From the NCBI GenBank assembly GCA_002344355.1, contig DDTN01000045.1, positions 31,530 through 95,529 of the forward strand: a stretch of 64,000 bases of DNA. Direction: 5' to 3'. Below are positions 26,594-36,358 of this stretch, piece by piece. The notes below the pieces were generated by a model that did not search any database, was not told the DNA's origin, and saw only the letters and a program-made list of their open reading frames with translations. Each line of letters begins with the position of its first letter. Position 1 is the stretch's first letter. The translations under genes were made by a program, and so were the position numbers. The stretch comes from Proteobacteria bacterium UBA2363 (lineage in GTDB: Bacteria; Pseudomonadota; Gammaproteobacteria; Xanthomonadales; UBA2363).

Positions 26594-27691
26594 ATGCTCG
26601 CCATCAACGACCTGAAGCGCCACCAGGAGGCCTGCAGCGTGCGCGTCGCGGCCGCGGTACAGGCCGTGCTCGACAGCGGCTGGTACGTGCTTGGTCCCAA
26701 CGTCGGCGAGTTCGAGCGCGAGTTCGCAGACTACTGCGGCGTCGCCCATTGCGTGGGCGTCGGCAACGGCACCGACGCGATCGAGCTGGCGCTGCGCGCG
26801 CTCGGCCTGCGCGCCGGCGACAGGGTGCTGCTCGCCGCCAATGCCGGGATGTACGCGACCGGCGTGCTGCTCGGACTGGGCTGCATCCCTGTGTTCGCGG
26901 ATGTCGACGAGCGCACCCAGCTCCTCGACGCGACGGCGCTGGCGGCCCGTCCGGACCACGACGTGCGGGCCGTGGTGGTCACCCACCTGTACGGGCGCAT
27001 GGCCGACATGAAGGCGGTCGCCGCGCTCTGCCGCACCCGCGGCTGGCTGCTGGTCGAGGACTGCGCCCAGGCCCATGGCGCCCGGCGCGATGGCCGCGCC
27101 GCCGGCAGCTTCGGCGATGCGGCGACCTTCAGCTTCTACCCGACCAAGAACCTCGGCGCCCTGGGCGACGGCGGCGCGGTGGTCACCGGCTCGGAGGAGA
27201 CGGCGGACCGCCTGCGCCTGCTGCGCCAGTACGGATGGCGCCGCAAGTATGTCGTGGAACTCGGCGGCGGGCGGAACTCCCGGCTCGACGAGCTCCAGGC
27301 CGCCATCCTCCGCGCCAAGCTGCCGGATCTGGACGGCTGGAACGCCCGGCGCAGGGCGATCGCCGACCGGTACCGGCGCGGCATCGTCAACCCGGCGGTC
27401 GACCTTCCCGAGGACGGCGCGCAGGACTACGTCTCCCACCTCTTCGTGGTGCGCGCCCGCCCGCGCGATTCGCTCAAGGCGCACCTGGCCGGCGAGGGGA
27501 TCGCCGCCGACGTCCACTATCCCGTCCCCGACCACCGGCAACCGGCGATCGCCGACCGCTTTCCGGACCTGGCCCTTCCGGTCACCGAGCGCCTGGCGGG
27601 CGAGGTGCTCACCCTGCCGTGCTTCCCGGAAATGCTCGACGAGGAGGTCGACCGGGTGGTGGCCGCGGTGAACCGCTGGCAGCCGCGATGA
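26594..27691 (+). CDS. DegT/DnrJ/EryC1-type sugar aminotransferase (WxcK/FdtB-like position)
   Basis: GPNVGEFEREFADYCG, FSFYPTKNLGALGDGGAV (PLP lysine), RLDELQAAILRAKL. Start at MLAINDL (ATG at 26594). Confidence 0.9.
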   Translation: MLAINDLKRHQEACSVRVAAAVQAVLDSGWYVLGPNVGEFEREFADYCGVAHCVGVGNGTDAIELALRALGLRAGDRVLLAANAGMYATGVLLGLGCIPVFADVDERTQLLDATALAARPDHDVRAVVVTHLYGRMADMKAVAALCRTRGWLLVEDCAQAHGARRDGRAAGSFGDAATFSFYPTKNLGALGDGGAVVTGSEETADRLRLLRQYGWRRKYVVELGGGRNSRLDELQAAILRAKLPDLDGWNARRRAIADRYRRGIVNPAVDLPEDGAQDYVSHLFVVRARPRDSLKAHLAGEGIAADVHYPVPDHRQPAIADRFPDLALPVTERLAGEVLTLPCFPEMLDEEVDRVVAAVNRWQPR

Positions 27692-28635
27692 ACTCGCTGG
27701 TGATCCCGGTCTACCGCAACGCCGAGTCGCTGCCGCGGCTGCTCGGCGTGCTGGCCGGGTTGCACCGCGACCTCGGCGAGGACCTCGAGGTGGTGTTCGT
27801 GGTCGATGGCAGCCCCGATGCCAGCGCCGCCATCCTGAGGGAGCGGCTGCCCGCGCAGCCTTATGCCTCGCGGCTCGTCCTGCTGGCCAGGAACTTCGGC
27901 GCGTTCGCGGCGATCCGCGCAGGTCTCGAGCAGGCCGGCGGCGACCGCTTCGCGGTGATGGCCGCCGACCTGCAGGAGCCACCCGAGCTCATGCAGGAGT
28001 TCTTCCGCATCCTCGCCTCGGGCGAGGCCGATGTCGTGGTCGGCACGCGGCGGTCGCGCAGCGACCCCTGGCTGAGCAGGATGTTCTCTTCGGCCTTCTG
28101 GGGCCTGTATAGACGCTTCGTCATCCGCGACATCCCGCCGGGCGGGGTCGATGTGTTCGCCTGCAGCGGCGCCTTCCGCAATCAACTGCTCGCGCTGAAC
28201 GAGAGCCGCAGCTCCCTGGTCGGCCAACTGTTCTGGCTGGGCTTCCGCCGCAGCGTGGTCGAGTACGACCGGCAGTCGCGGCAGGAAGGGCGCAGCGCCT
28301 GGGGCTTCCGGCGCAAGCTGGATTACCTGCTGGACAGCCTGTACGCCTTCTCCGATCTGCCGGTCCGCCTGCTGCTCGGCGTCGGGCTGGCGTCCCTGCT
28401 GGCCGGCCTGGCGATCGCCGTGGTGGCCGTCGTGGCCCGGCTGTCCGGCTACATCGATGTGCCGGGGTACACCCCGATCCTGGTCTCGGTGCTGCTGTTC
28501 GGCGGCTTCAACGCCCTCGGACTCGGCATCGTCGGCACCTATGCATGGCGGGCCTACGAGAACTCCAAGGGCCGGCCGCTGGCCGTGGTGATGTCGGCGT
28601 CGCGTTTCCCCGGCAACCCGCGAGGAAGTCCATGA
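27688..28635 (+). CDS. GT2 polyprenyl-phosphate glycosyltransferase (ArnC/GtrB/WxcL-like)
   Basis: LVIPVYRNAESLP...VDGSPD...DLQEPPE, then two C-terminal TM helices. ATGA overlap with the upstream stop (27688-27691). Confidence 0.88.
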   Translation: MNSLVIPVYRNAESLPRLLGVLAGLHRDLGEDLEVVFVVDGSPDASAAILRERLPAQPYASRLVLLARNFGAFAAIRAGLEQAGGDRFAVMAADLQEPPELMQEFFRILASGEADVVVGTRRSRSDPWLSRMFSSAFWGLYRRFVIRDIPPGGVDVFACSGAFRNQLLALNESRSSLVGQLFWLGFRRSVVEYDRQSRQEGRSAWGFRRKLDYLLDSLYAFSDLPVRLLLGVGLASLLAGLAIAVVAVVARLSGYIDVPGYTPILVSVLLFGGFNALGLGIVGTYAWRAYENSKGRPLAVVMSASRFPGNPRGSP

Positions 28636-29582
28636 CCCAGCCCTTCGTGCACCCCGCGGCGCTTTGCGAGAGCGCCAGCATCGGCCCCGGCACCCGCATC
28701 TGGGCCTTCGCGCACGTCCTGCCCGGCGCCGTGATCGGCGCCGACTGCAACATCTGCGACAACGTCTTCATCGAGAACCAGGTCGTCCTCGGCGACCGGG
28801 TTACGGTCAAGTGCGGTGTCCAGCTCTGGGATGGCCTGACGCTCGAGGACGACGTCTTCATCGGGCCGAACGCCACCTTCTGCAACGACCGGTTCCCGCG
28901 CAGCAGGCAGCACCTCGCCGAGTATCCGCGGACGCTGGTCCGCCGCGGTGCCTCGATCGGCGCCAACGCCACCATCCTGCCGGGGCTGGTGGTCGGCGCC
29001 AACGCCATGGTCGGTGCCGGGGCGGTGGTGACCCGGTCGGTGCCGGCCAATGCCATCGTGGTCGGCAATCCGGCGCGGATCGTCGGCTACGCCGACGCCG
29101 CGAGCACAGCCACCGCCACGGCCACCGCCGTGGGGACACGGCTTGCGGAGGGCGTCGATCACCTGCCGCTGGCCGTCGCCGGCGCCTCGCTGCACCGGAT
29201 TCCCCACGTCCGCGACCTGCGCGGCAGCCTCCATGCGCTGGAATTCGAGAGGCAGGTGCCGTTCCCGGTCAGGCGCGCCTTCATGGTGCATGGCGTGCCT
29301 TCGCGGGAGGTCAGGGGCGAGCACGCGCACCGTCTGTGCCACCAGTTCCTGGTCTGCCCGGCCGGCAGCTGCGCGGTGGTCGTCGACGACGGCCGGCAAC
29401 GCGCCGAGGTCGTGCTGGACGATCCCGGCATCGGCCTGCACATGGCGCCCATGGTCTGGGGCATCCAGTACAAGTACTCCGCCGACGCCCTGCTGCTGGT
29501 GCTCGCCTCCGAGCACTACGACCCGGACGACTACATCCGAGACTATGAGGCGTTCCTCGCCGCGGTCCGGTCCCGACCATGA
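28632..29582 (+). CDS. Bifunctional hexapeptide acetyltransferase / FdtA-type sugar 3,4-ketoisomerase (WxcM-like)
   Basis: N-terminal left-handed beta-helix repeats (IGANATILPGLVVGANAMVGAGAVV). C-terminal cupin RGEHAHRLCHQFLVCPAGSCAVVVDDG...LASEHYDPDDYIRDY. ATGA overlap at 28632-28635. Confidence 0.88.
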   Translation: MTQPFVHPAALCESASIGPGTRIWAFAHVLPGAVIGADCNICDNVFIENQVVLGDRVTVKCGVQLWDGLTLEDDVFIGPNATFCNDRFPRSRQHLAEYPRTLVRRGASIGANATILPGLVVGANAMVGAGAVVTRSVPANAIVVGNPARIVGYADAASTATATATAVGTRLAEGVDHLPLAVAGASLHRIPHVRDLRGSLHALEFERQVPFPVRRAFMVHGVPSREVRGEHAHRLCHQFLVCPAGSCAVVVDDGRQRAEVVLDDPGIGLHMAPMVWGIQYKYSADALLLVLASEHYDPDDYIRDYEAFLAAVRSRP

Positions 29583-29606
29583 CCGGGACGTCTCCAGGCT
29601 TGCCCG

Positions 29607-30047
29607 GTGAGCCTCGCGGACATGGTCGCGGAACCCGCTGATCCGGCCGGCGGCCCGCTGGCCGGCCAGTTCGCGCGTTTCCTGGTCGCGGGCCTGGCCA
29701 GCACGGCCGGCAGCTACCTGGTCTTCGTGCTCCTGCTGCAGGTCCTGCACCGGCAAGCCGCCTATGCGCTGGCGTTCCTGTCCGGCCTGCTGATCGGCTA
29801 CGGGCTCAACGCCACCTGGACGTTCCGTTCGCGGCATTCGATGCTGCGGCTGGGTCTGTATCCGCTGGCCTACCTGCCGCAGCTCGGGCTAGGCGCGGCC
29901 CTGCTGGAGGTGCTGGTGGCGGGTCTGGGCCTCCCTGCGGAGCTGGCCGTGCTGTTCGTCATCGCGGCCTCGGTGCCGGTCAATTTCCTCATCATGCGCC
30001 TGATCTTCCGTCGCACCGGCGGCGTCCGGCAGCACGGCCAGCCATGA
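29607..30047 (+). CDS. GtrA-family membrane protein (lipid-linked sugar translocase-like; WxcN position)
   Basis: Four TM helices, FARFLVAGLASTAGSYLVF...NATWTFR. GTG start at 29607, with an alternative ATG at 29622. Confidence 0.8.
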   Translation: MSLADMVAEPADPAGGPLAGQFARFLVAGLASTAGSYLVFVLLLQVLHRQAAYALAFLSGLLIGYGLNATWTFRSRHSMLRLGLYPLAYLPQLGLGAALLEVLVAGLGLPAELAVLFVIAASVPVNFLIMRLIFRRTGGVRQHGQP

Positions 30048-31963
30048 CCGACACCTCTGCCGTCGCCTGGCGTTTCGCGATCATGCTCGCCCTGGCCGGC
30101 CTGGCCGGCCTGCTCGCGGGCGTGCGTCCGACCCTGGTGGTGCACCAGTCCAGCGCGGGCGGCATCGCCCGCGTCGAAAATCCGGCCCGGCCCGCGCAGG
30201 GCGCAGCGGCGGTGTCGGTCGCGGCCGGCGAGCGCCGGGTGGAGCTGCGCCTGCCCGCGCTGCTGCCTTCCCGGCTGGCCTACCACCCCTCCGATAGCGG
30301 GGAGCCGGCCACCATCCATCGCGTGCAGGCGCGGGCGCTCGGCCTGCCGCTCGGCGCTGCGCTGCCCTTCGTCCCGCCGGTCGCCGCGCAGAACCTGGCG
30401 GCGCGCGACTTCGAGCAGGTGCCGCCGCAAGCCGGGGCGGAGGCCGGCCGGGCCGTCCTCGTCGACGTGCCCTGGCCGCTGCGGGCCTGGTGGTTGCTGC
30501 CCGCGACACTGTTCGGCCTGGCCGGCCTGCTGGCGCTGCGCGCCTGGCGCAGCCTTCCGCGGCCACGCGGCGAGGCCGGGGACACGGCCGCCTACCAGGC
30601 GCGCTTCCCGCTGCTGTTCCTGGCCCTCTGCTACGGCGTCATGGTCGACCAGGCGATCGGGCTGGGCGCGTGGCTCCCGTTGTGGGACGACTGGCGTTAC
30701 GTGTACCCCGGCCGCTTCTCCCTGATCGAGGGGCCGCCCCAGTGGCTCGGGGCCGCGGGCAACGACACCTATTTCCTCACCGGACAACTCGTCGACTGGC
30801 TGGCGCTGCGCGCGTCGGGCGGCAGCTTCCTGCCCATCCGCCTGGTCGCCCTGGCCCTTCTCGGGGTCTTCCTGGTGTTCGCCGCGCGCTTTGCGCTCGC
30901 GCTGCCCCGCCGCCAGGCGCTGCTGGCCCTGCTGGCCCTGGCCTTCGTGCTCGGCGCGGACGGCTACTGGACCCTGCAGGCGATCGCCTACCACCAGTTC
31001 CTGCCGGTGCTGTTCATGATGATCGCCTTGCACGTCGTGCGGGACCAGTGGCAGCGCCCGGAACCACCGGGCGCCGCTGCCCTGGCGGCCGTGGCCGCCT
31101 GCGCGCTACTGGCCGGCCTGGCCTACATTTCCGGTGCCTTGCTGTTCGTGGTGTTCGCGGCCGGCACCGCGGTCGCACTGGCCGGATCCCTGCGCGGCGA
31201 CGGGCTCCGCAGGCACCTGCCACTGCTGGTGCTGTTCGCGACCGCGCTCCTGGCCACCCTGGTCCAGGTCTGGCTGGTGACCCAGGCACAGGGATCGTTG
31301 CTGGAGCGCAATCACGCCACCGAGACGGTGCTGCCCGACGACTGGCGGTTCTGGGCGTTCCAGATCGGGCTGGTGGCCCGCGCCTTCGGGCTGCGCGCCA
31401 GCCTGCCGGTCGTGGAGATCGGCGTCTATGTCCTGGTGCTGGTCGCCGGCCTCGCCCTCCTGGTCCGGGCCTGGCGCAGCCAGGGGGCCGACCGCCGCCT
31501 GGCCGCACTGGCTGTGGGCCTGGTCGGCGCCGCCCTGGTCTATTCCAGCGTGGTCGCAACGGCCCGCTCCGGCTTCGCCAGCCCGGACGTGCCCTGGGAC
31601 CAGGTCGTGGCCATGGCCAAGGCGCGCTTCCATTTCTGGTGGCTGGCCGCGCTGCTGCCCGTGCCGCTGGCCATGGCGTTCGGGATGCTGCCCGGGTTCC
31701 GGCGCTGGGGTCCGGTGGTGGTGCCGCTGCTCGCCGCGGTCCTGGTGGTGTCCAAGGTGCTCGTGATGGCCGGGTCGGATCGCGACACCTTCCTGCGTGC
31801 CGGACAGCAGGAGGCGCAGGGCATCGCCTGCGTCAGGGCCAACCACGACCGCCCAGGCCCCCTGCAGTGCGAGGGCTTCTACCCCATCGACATCCGTGCC
31901 GCCATGGAGGCCGCGCGCCGGCAGGACCTGCGCCTGTGGCGTGACCTGATGCAGATTCAATGA
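30044..31963 (+). CDS. Large polytopic membrane protein (candidate periplasmic glycosyltransferase; WxcO position)
   Basis: 639 aa with many hydrophobic helices. ATGA overlap with the GtrA gene stop (30044-30047). I recognise no soluble catalytic motif. Confidence 0.72.
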   Translation: MTDTSAVAWRFAIMLALAGLAGLLAGVRPTLVVHQSSAGGIARVENPARPAQGAAAVSVAAGERRVELRLPALLPSRLAYHPSDSGEPATIHRVQARALGLPLGAALPFVPPVAAQNLAARDFEQVPPQAGAEAGRAVLVDVPWPLRAWWLLPATLFGLAGLLALRAWRSLPRPRGEAGDTAAYQARFPLLFLALCYGVMVDQAIGLGAWLPLWDDWRYVYPGRFSLIEGPPQWLGAAGNDTYFLTGQLVDWLALRASGGSFLPIRLVALALLGVFLVFAARFALALPRRQALLALLALAFVLGADGYWTLQAIAYHQFLPVLFMMIALHVVRDQWQRPEPPGAAALAAVAACALLAGLAYISGALLFVVFAAGTAVALAGSLRGDGLRRHLPLLVLFATALLATLVQVWLVTQAQGSLLERNHATETVLPDDWRFWAFQIGLVARAFGLRASLPVVEIGVYVLVLVAGLALLVRAWRSQGADRRLAALAVGLVGAALVYSSVVATARSGFASPDVPWDQVVAMAKARFHFWWLAALLPVPLAMAFGMLPGFRRWGPVVVPLLAAVLVVSKVLVMAGSDRDTFLRAGQQEAQGIACVRANHDRPGPLQCEGFYPIDIRAAMEAARRQDLRLWRDLMQIQ

Positions 31964-32705
31964 TCATCGCTTCCTGCCACGGATGGCTGCGCTGCGTCCG
32001 CATGACCTGCCGTCCGGCTCAGGACCCGTTGGCCGGTGCCAGGCTCCGCCGCTTGCAGGAAGGAAGCGGAGATGCCGGGAAAGCGGCCAGGCGCGGACTT
32101 CGATGCGCTTGCTGGGCTTCCGCGATCTCAGGTCGATCGCTCTCGTGACCCTCATGTCGCCTTGCCTGTGTCAGGCACGACACCTATCGCCGGCCAGGTC
32201 GTGTCGCCGGAGCGGGGGAGCACGACGACCGCAATGAGGAGCGCTTCGAGCTCCGCCGTTGTCGACTGACCACCCGCAGGTGTAGCGCCTTGGCCCGGCA
32301 ACCCCGACGCCAAGACATTGGCGGACGGAAGCGTAGTGCTCGATCCCGGGGGATAACCTGGAGGAGCCCGATGGCTTCGATGCGTTCGGCCGGGCCGATG
32401 ACACCGCTTGGTGCGACCAAACATCCGACCGGTCCGTCAGCACGCCCGGCAGGCCGGGCCGCCTGAACAGCGAGGTGACTCCGCGTGGCGCCGCCTGCCA
32501 TGCGAGCCTGGACGGGCCCTTCCGGCAGCTGCGATTCGAACGGCTGCCCGTACTGCCCGTTCCAGGGTCGCCTCCCCGGCGTCGGGCCGATCATCCCACG
32601 CCCGGAGAACAGCCAGTCGAAGGATCCCGGGCGCGCAAGGCGCGCTTGATGGGCCGCACGCGATCGGCCTGAGTCCCCAGGCTGCACCCCGCTTGCCGCT
32701 CTTGT

Positions 32706-34205
32706 TCAGGGTGGCTTGGGCCGATCCGTGGCCAGGATACGACCAAGCCACACCGCCAGTGCCAAGGCGATCAACATGCCTACGGCCAGCGGTGAAGCTT
32801 TCAGCACCAGCCGGCTCAAGGTACCGAGCGGAGCGCGCCTGTGGGCCTGTGCACCGGCAGCCTGCCCCGGCGTGCCCGGCAGCATGTTCCGGATCGACGG
32901 ATCGTCGAGGAACATCCGCAATCGGTTTGGATCCGGATAAGGGATGTGCAGGAGTGGCTTATCGGCGAGGTGGCTGAAGTCCCCGGTACCGAGGTAGGCA
33001 TGGACGTTACGCGTCTGGATGCTGACGATTTCCCGATGCCCGCCCAGTCTGGAAACGCCGTCGATGGCGACGCTGCCCAGCGCCACCGCGACGGCGCCGA
33101 ACAAGGCGATGGCGAGCAGCCTGGCGCCGGTGGCCACCCCTGCGTGGACTCGGGACTGCGACCACGCCAGCCACAACATCAGGTTGACCAGGCAACCCAG
33201 GCCCAACAGATCAAGATACCGCGAGGCGATGGCGGTCGCCTCGTGGCCACGGGAGTACGCCATGGCCACTGCCTGCAGCGCGACCCAGGCCGAGATGGCT
33301 ACGGCGAACACGACCAGACGCGGCGGCGGAGGTACCTGCCTGCGCAGGAGACCCGGGAGCCAGAGCAGAGGAGCAAGCCACAACACCAAGCCGACCGGGA
33401 ACCGGATGGGGAACGGCCAGGACAGCATCAGCAGGAGCGCCCGCATCAGGTCGGCCAGCGATTGTGCCTTGAGCGCATCGTGGAGCGGCATGGGCGGGAT
33501 GAGCGCGTAGCCAAGGGAGGTCAATGCGAGCAGGAACAGGACGACCATCAACCAGGTTCGGGGCAGCTCGCTGCGCCACACCCGCCAGGCGACGACCAGC
33601 GCTGCGACGGCCGGGGCCAGCAGGCCGGATGCCACGGTGAACAGGCCTGCCGCGAGACATGCCAACAGCCCGAGGGCGAGCCGCCAGCCCGCCGCTGCGT
33701 GCACGGCCAGACCCAGGCCCAGCAGCGAGAACAGGAGCATCTGGAAGAAGGCGATCTGGAACCCTGAAATCAGGTTCTCCCAGGCGATCGGCAGACAGGC
33801 CAGGAACAGCAACACAAGAATCAGCGGCCCGCGCAGGCTTGGCGTCAATCGGGGGTGGGCCCACTGCGCCAGACAGGCCGCCAGCACGGCGACGAAGAGT
33901 GCCGAGAAGCTGGCGGTCACCAGATTGTCCCAATGCTGGTTGTTTAGGATGAACAGCAGCAATGCCGTCAGGCGTGGCCACAGTATCCGGTGTTCGTTGT
34001 GCGGGGAGAGCAGGGCTGCGAGGCCCAGCTCGCCTTCCTGCCAGGCGCGGTAAAGCAGCCAGCCCTCGGCGTCCCACTGGTCCCAGAATGGGAGCTCGCC
34101 GGCCCCCAAATGAACCCAGAGCAGCCGAAAGGCTGCCACGGACGCAAGGACGGTCAGAAAGACCTGCCGGTGCCGAAGGGTGACGTAGAAGCGCTCCATG
34201 GTCAC
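32706..34205 (-). CDS. Polytopic membrane protein (GT-C-like candidate), compositionally atypical
   Basis: 499 aa with at least 10 predicted TM helices. G+C is visibly lower: hand counts of lines 33001, 33721 and 33901 give 36/60, 33/60 and 33/60. Last gene of the FAD-oxidoreductase/methyltransferase string. Confidence 0.7.
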   Translation of the reverse strand: MTMERFYVTLRHRQVFLTVLASVAAFRLLWVHLGAGELPFWDQWDAEGWLLYRAWQEGELGLAALLSPHNEHRILWPRLTALLLFILNNQHWDNLVTASFSALFVAVLAACLAQWAHPRLTPSLRGPLILVLLFLACLPIAWENLISGFQIAFFQMLLFSLLGLGLAVHAAAGWRLALGLLACLAAGLFTVASGLLAPAVAALVVAWRVWRSELPRTWLMVVLFLLALTSLGYALIPPMPLHDALKAQSLADLMRALLLMLSWPFPIRFPVGLVLWLAPLLWLPGLLRRQVPPPPRLVVFAVAISAWVALQAVAMAYSRGHEATAIASRYLDLLGLGCLVNLMLWLAWSQSRVHAGVATGARLLAIALFGAVAVALGSVAIDGVSRLGGHREIVSIQTRNVHAYLGTGDFSHLADKPLLHIPYPDPNRLRMFLDDPSIRNMLPGTPGQAAGAQAHRRAPLGTLSRLVLKASPLAVGMLIALALAVWLGRILATDRPKPP

Positions 34206-34254
34206 GTCTCGCCGAAGTGGAATGGAAGGCCGGGGACGCCGGGCGTTTGCGCCG

Positions 34255-34911
34255 TCAGCTCCGGCGTTCCGCGACGACCAGCGCCTGCTTGCCCAGCAGG
34301 CGCCAGGCGAGCGGCACCCGCAGGTACAGCCGGATCAGCCAGGGCGCCTGCGGCAGCCGGCTCTTGGTGGTGTAGGGCAGGAAGCGGGGGATCACGCGTA
34401 CCGGCGTCAGGCCGGCAAGCTGCACGCCCTCGACCAGGCTGCGGTCGGTCAGCGGCGTGTGGTGGTCGAAGAAGTCCCAGTACTCGCCGGGCAGGAACCG
34501 GATGTTGGGCTGCAGGATGATCGCCCGGCCGCCTGGCCGAAGCAGCCGGTGGCACTCGCGCAGGGTCGCCAGCACCGCTGCCTTGTCCGGCAGGTGTTCC
34601 AGGAAGTTGCTCATGAACACGACGTCGACGCTGCGGTCGGGCAGGGAGGCGATCGCGCTGCACGACTCGTTGATGACCTCGACGTCCGGCCCGGCCCGGC
34701 GCGCGACCTCGGGATTCAGGTCGACGGCGATCTTGCGTCCGCAGCGGATGTTGTTGATGAACTCGCAGTAGCCGGCGCCGATGTCGACGACCACGTCGTC
34801 GACGCCGACGTGGCGCGCGAAGAAGTCGGTGCACAGCACCTGCCAGATGCGGTTCTTGGCCGGGAGTTCGGCCTCCTCGAAACGGTGGCGGTAAAGCGAG
34901 GCAAGATCCAT
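34255..34911 (-). CDS. Class I SAM-dependent methyltransferase
   Basis: Motif I VVDIGAGYCEF, post-I AVDLN, motif III LLRPGGRAII. Confidence 0.85.
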   Translation of the reverse strand: MDLASLYRHRFEEAELPAKNRIWQVLCTDFFARHVGVDDVVVDIGAGYCEFINNIRCGRKIAVDLNPEVARRAGPDVEVINESCSAIASLPDRSVDVVFMSNFLEHLPDKAAVLATLRECHRLLRPGGRAIILQPNIRFLPGEYWDFFDHHTPLTDRSLVEGVQLAGLTPVRVIPRFLPYTTKSRLPQAPWLIRLYLRVPLAWRLLGKQALVVAERRS

Positions 34912-34920
34912 GAATGATCC

Positions 34921-36222
34921 TCAGGTGCCGGAGAGTGCGCAGGCCACCAGTTCGCGGCCGACCCGGACGCTCTCGGAGATCGAGCGGTCCTCGGGGTAGT
35001 AGTAGGCGGTGTCGGCCATGTAGAGGCCGGCCAGCGGCGTGCGCATCGGCGGCAGCCGGCGCGCGAAGCCGGGCGGACACACCGTCTGCGCGAACTCGTA
35101 GCGGTGGCAATGGCTGGCCAGCACGTGGGCGGGCCGGAACGCCGGCTGCACCAGGGCCATCGCCGCCAGCGTCTCGTCGATGAAGTCCTGGGCCGGGCGC
35201 CGGTACCGGGGGTTGTCGGCCGCCATGTAGAAGGGCGCGTACACGATATGGTTGCCGTCGACCGGGTTCAGCGCGGAGTACTCGATCAGGCCCGGGATGG
35301 CGATCCGCGGGTCGTTGATGTTGAGCCAGAAGTTGCCGGTCAGCGGCCGGTCCAGCTTGATCACCACGCAGGCCACGGCGATGTTCTCGATCGCCTCGAT
35401 GCCCCGGCGGAACGCCTCGGGAAGGCCGGGCGCCAGGCGCGGCACGTACTGGATCGGCACAGTCGACAGCACCGCAGCGAAGCGCCGGTCCTGGCCGCCG
35501 ACGCGCAGGCCGGTGGCGCGGCCGTCGCCGTCGTCCAGCACCTGCTCGACGCCGGAACGCAGGTGGATGCGGCCGCCGGCGGCCTCGATCTCATGCGCCA
35601 TGGCGTCCAGCAACACCGTCGATCCGCCCTCGAGATAGCCCAGGGTCTCCTGCATCAGGCTGCGCCGGGACAGCGCCACGCGCTTGATCCGGGTGCCCAG
35701 CCAGGCCGCCGAGAGCTGCTCGCTGCGCTCCTGGAACTTCAGCTCGAACAGGCTGCGCCAGAACAGGTCGTAGCCGGCCTCGCCCAGCCAGCGCTTCAGC
35801 CAGGCCACCGCGCTGAAGTCCTCGTAGCGCGACCAGTCGCGCACCGACTTGGCGCGCAGCGCCATCAGGCCGTAGCGCAGCTTCAGCGGCAGGGAGGCCT
35901 GGTCGAAGCGCAACAGGGCCAGCGGATTGCCCCAAGGGTACAGACGGCCGCGGCAGTAGAAGCCCATCTTCGTGTCGACCCAGCGCAGCCGGTCGGACAG
36001 GCCGAGGCCGGCCAGCAGCTCGAACAGCGGCTGGTCGGGCTTGCAGATGAAGTGGTAGTAGCGCTCCAGCGCCAGGCCGTCGAAATCGAAGGTGGCGCTC
36101 ATGCCGCCGATGCGGTCGTCGCGCTCGAAGACCTCGACGCGATGGCCCCGACGGGCGAGATCGAGGGCTGCCATCAGTCCCATGGGCCCGGCACCGATCA
36201 CCGCATAGGAAGGTGTGTCCAT
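34921..36222 (-). CDS. FAD/NAD(P)-binding oxidoreductase (amine-oxidase/desaturase fold)
   Basis: Rossmann motif YAVIGAGPMGLMAALDLARRGHRVEVFERDDRIGG. Start at MDTPSY (cat at 36220-36222). 9-nt gap to the methyltransferase gene. Confidence 0.85.
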   Translation of the reverse strand: MDTPSYAVIGAGPMGLMAALDLARRGHRVEVFERDDRIGGMSATFDFDGLALERYYHFICKPDQPLFELLAGLGLSDRLRWVDTKMGFYCRGRLYPWGNPLALLRFDQASLPLKLRYGLMALRAKSVRDWSRYEDFSAVAWLKRWLGEAGYDLFWRSLFELKFQERSEQLSAAWLGTRIKRVALSRRSLMQETLGYLEGGSTVLLDAMAHEIEAAGGRIHLRSGVEQVLDDGDGRATGLRVGGQDRRFAAVLSTVPIQYVPRLAPGLPEAFRRGIEAIENIAVACVVIKLDRPLTGNFWLNINDPRIAIPGLIEYSALNPVDGNHIVYAPFYMAADNPRYRRPAQDFIDETLAAMALVQPAFRPAHVLASHCHRYEFAQTVCPPGFARRLPPMRTPLAGLYMADTAYYYPEDRSISESVRVGRELVACALSGT

Positions 36223-36324
36223 TCGGACGGGCGAATCCGGCAAAGAGCCGAATGCTACCTGACCCCGGCCCGGCGCTGCAGCGCGCAGCCACCATGCGCT
36301 GCAGACGCATGCCAACCGCTACGC

Positions 36325-36330
36325 CATAAT
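36325..36330 (+). promoter_or_regulatory. -10-like CATAAT upstream of the second GtrA gene
   Basis: gctacgcCATAATtgacgcc lies 28 nt upstream of the GTG at 36359, in the divergent intergenic region. Confidence 0.2.
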
Positions 36331-36358
36331 TGACGCCCTTCCAGGACAGGATGCCCCC

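Noticed and set aside
23203-26700. 1165-aa minus-strand ORF. The same applies to 44882-48352, 51014-53587, 61872-63773, 7263-9779, 2180-4114, 12865-14499 and 42360-44996.
   Set aside because: All are antisense or alternate-frame to genes with strong motif support. All have Arg/Ala/Gly/Pro-dominated composition. They are GC-driven lack-of-stop artefacts.
32500-32649. 49-codon Cys-containing ORF (MRAWTGPSGSCDSNGCPYCPFQGR...) as a possible RiPP-like precursor
   Set aside because: It has no SD, poor codon usage, no neighbouring maturation enzymes (radical SAM, cyclase, protease) and no conservation evidence available. It most likely arises by chance.
31964-32705. IS or transposase remnant, or another pseudogene, in the gene-free gap
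   Set aside because: I translated all frames by eye and recognised no transposase, integrase or other family motifs and no terminal inverted repeats. It is left as unexplained non-coding sequence (see findings) rather than called.
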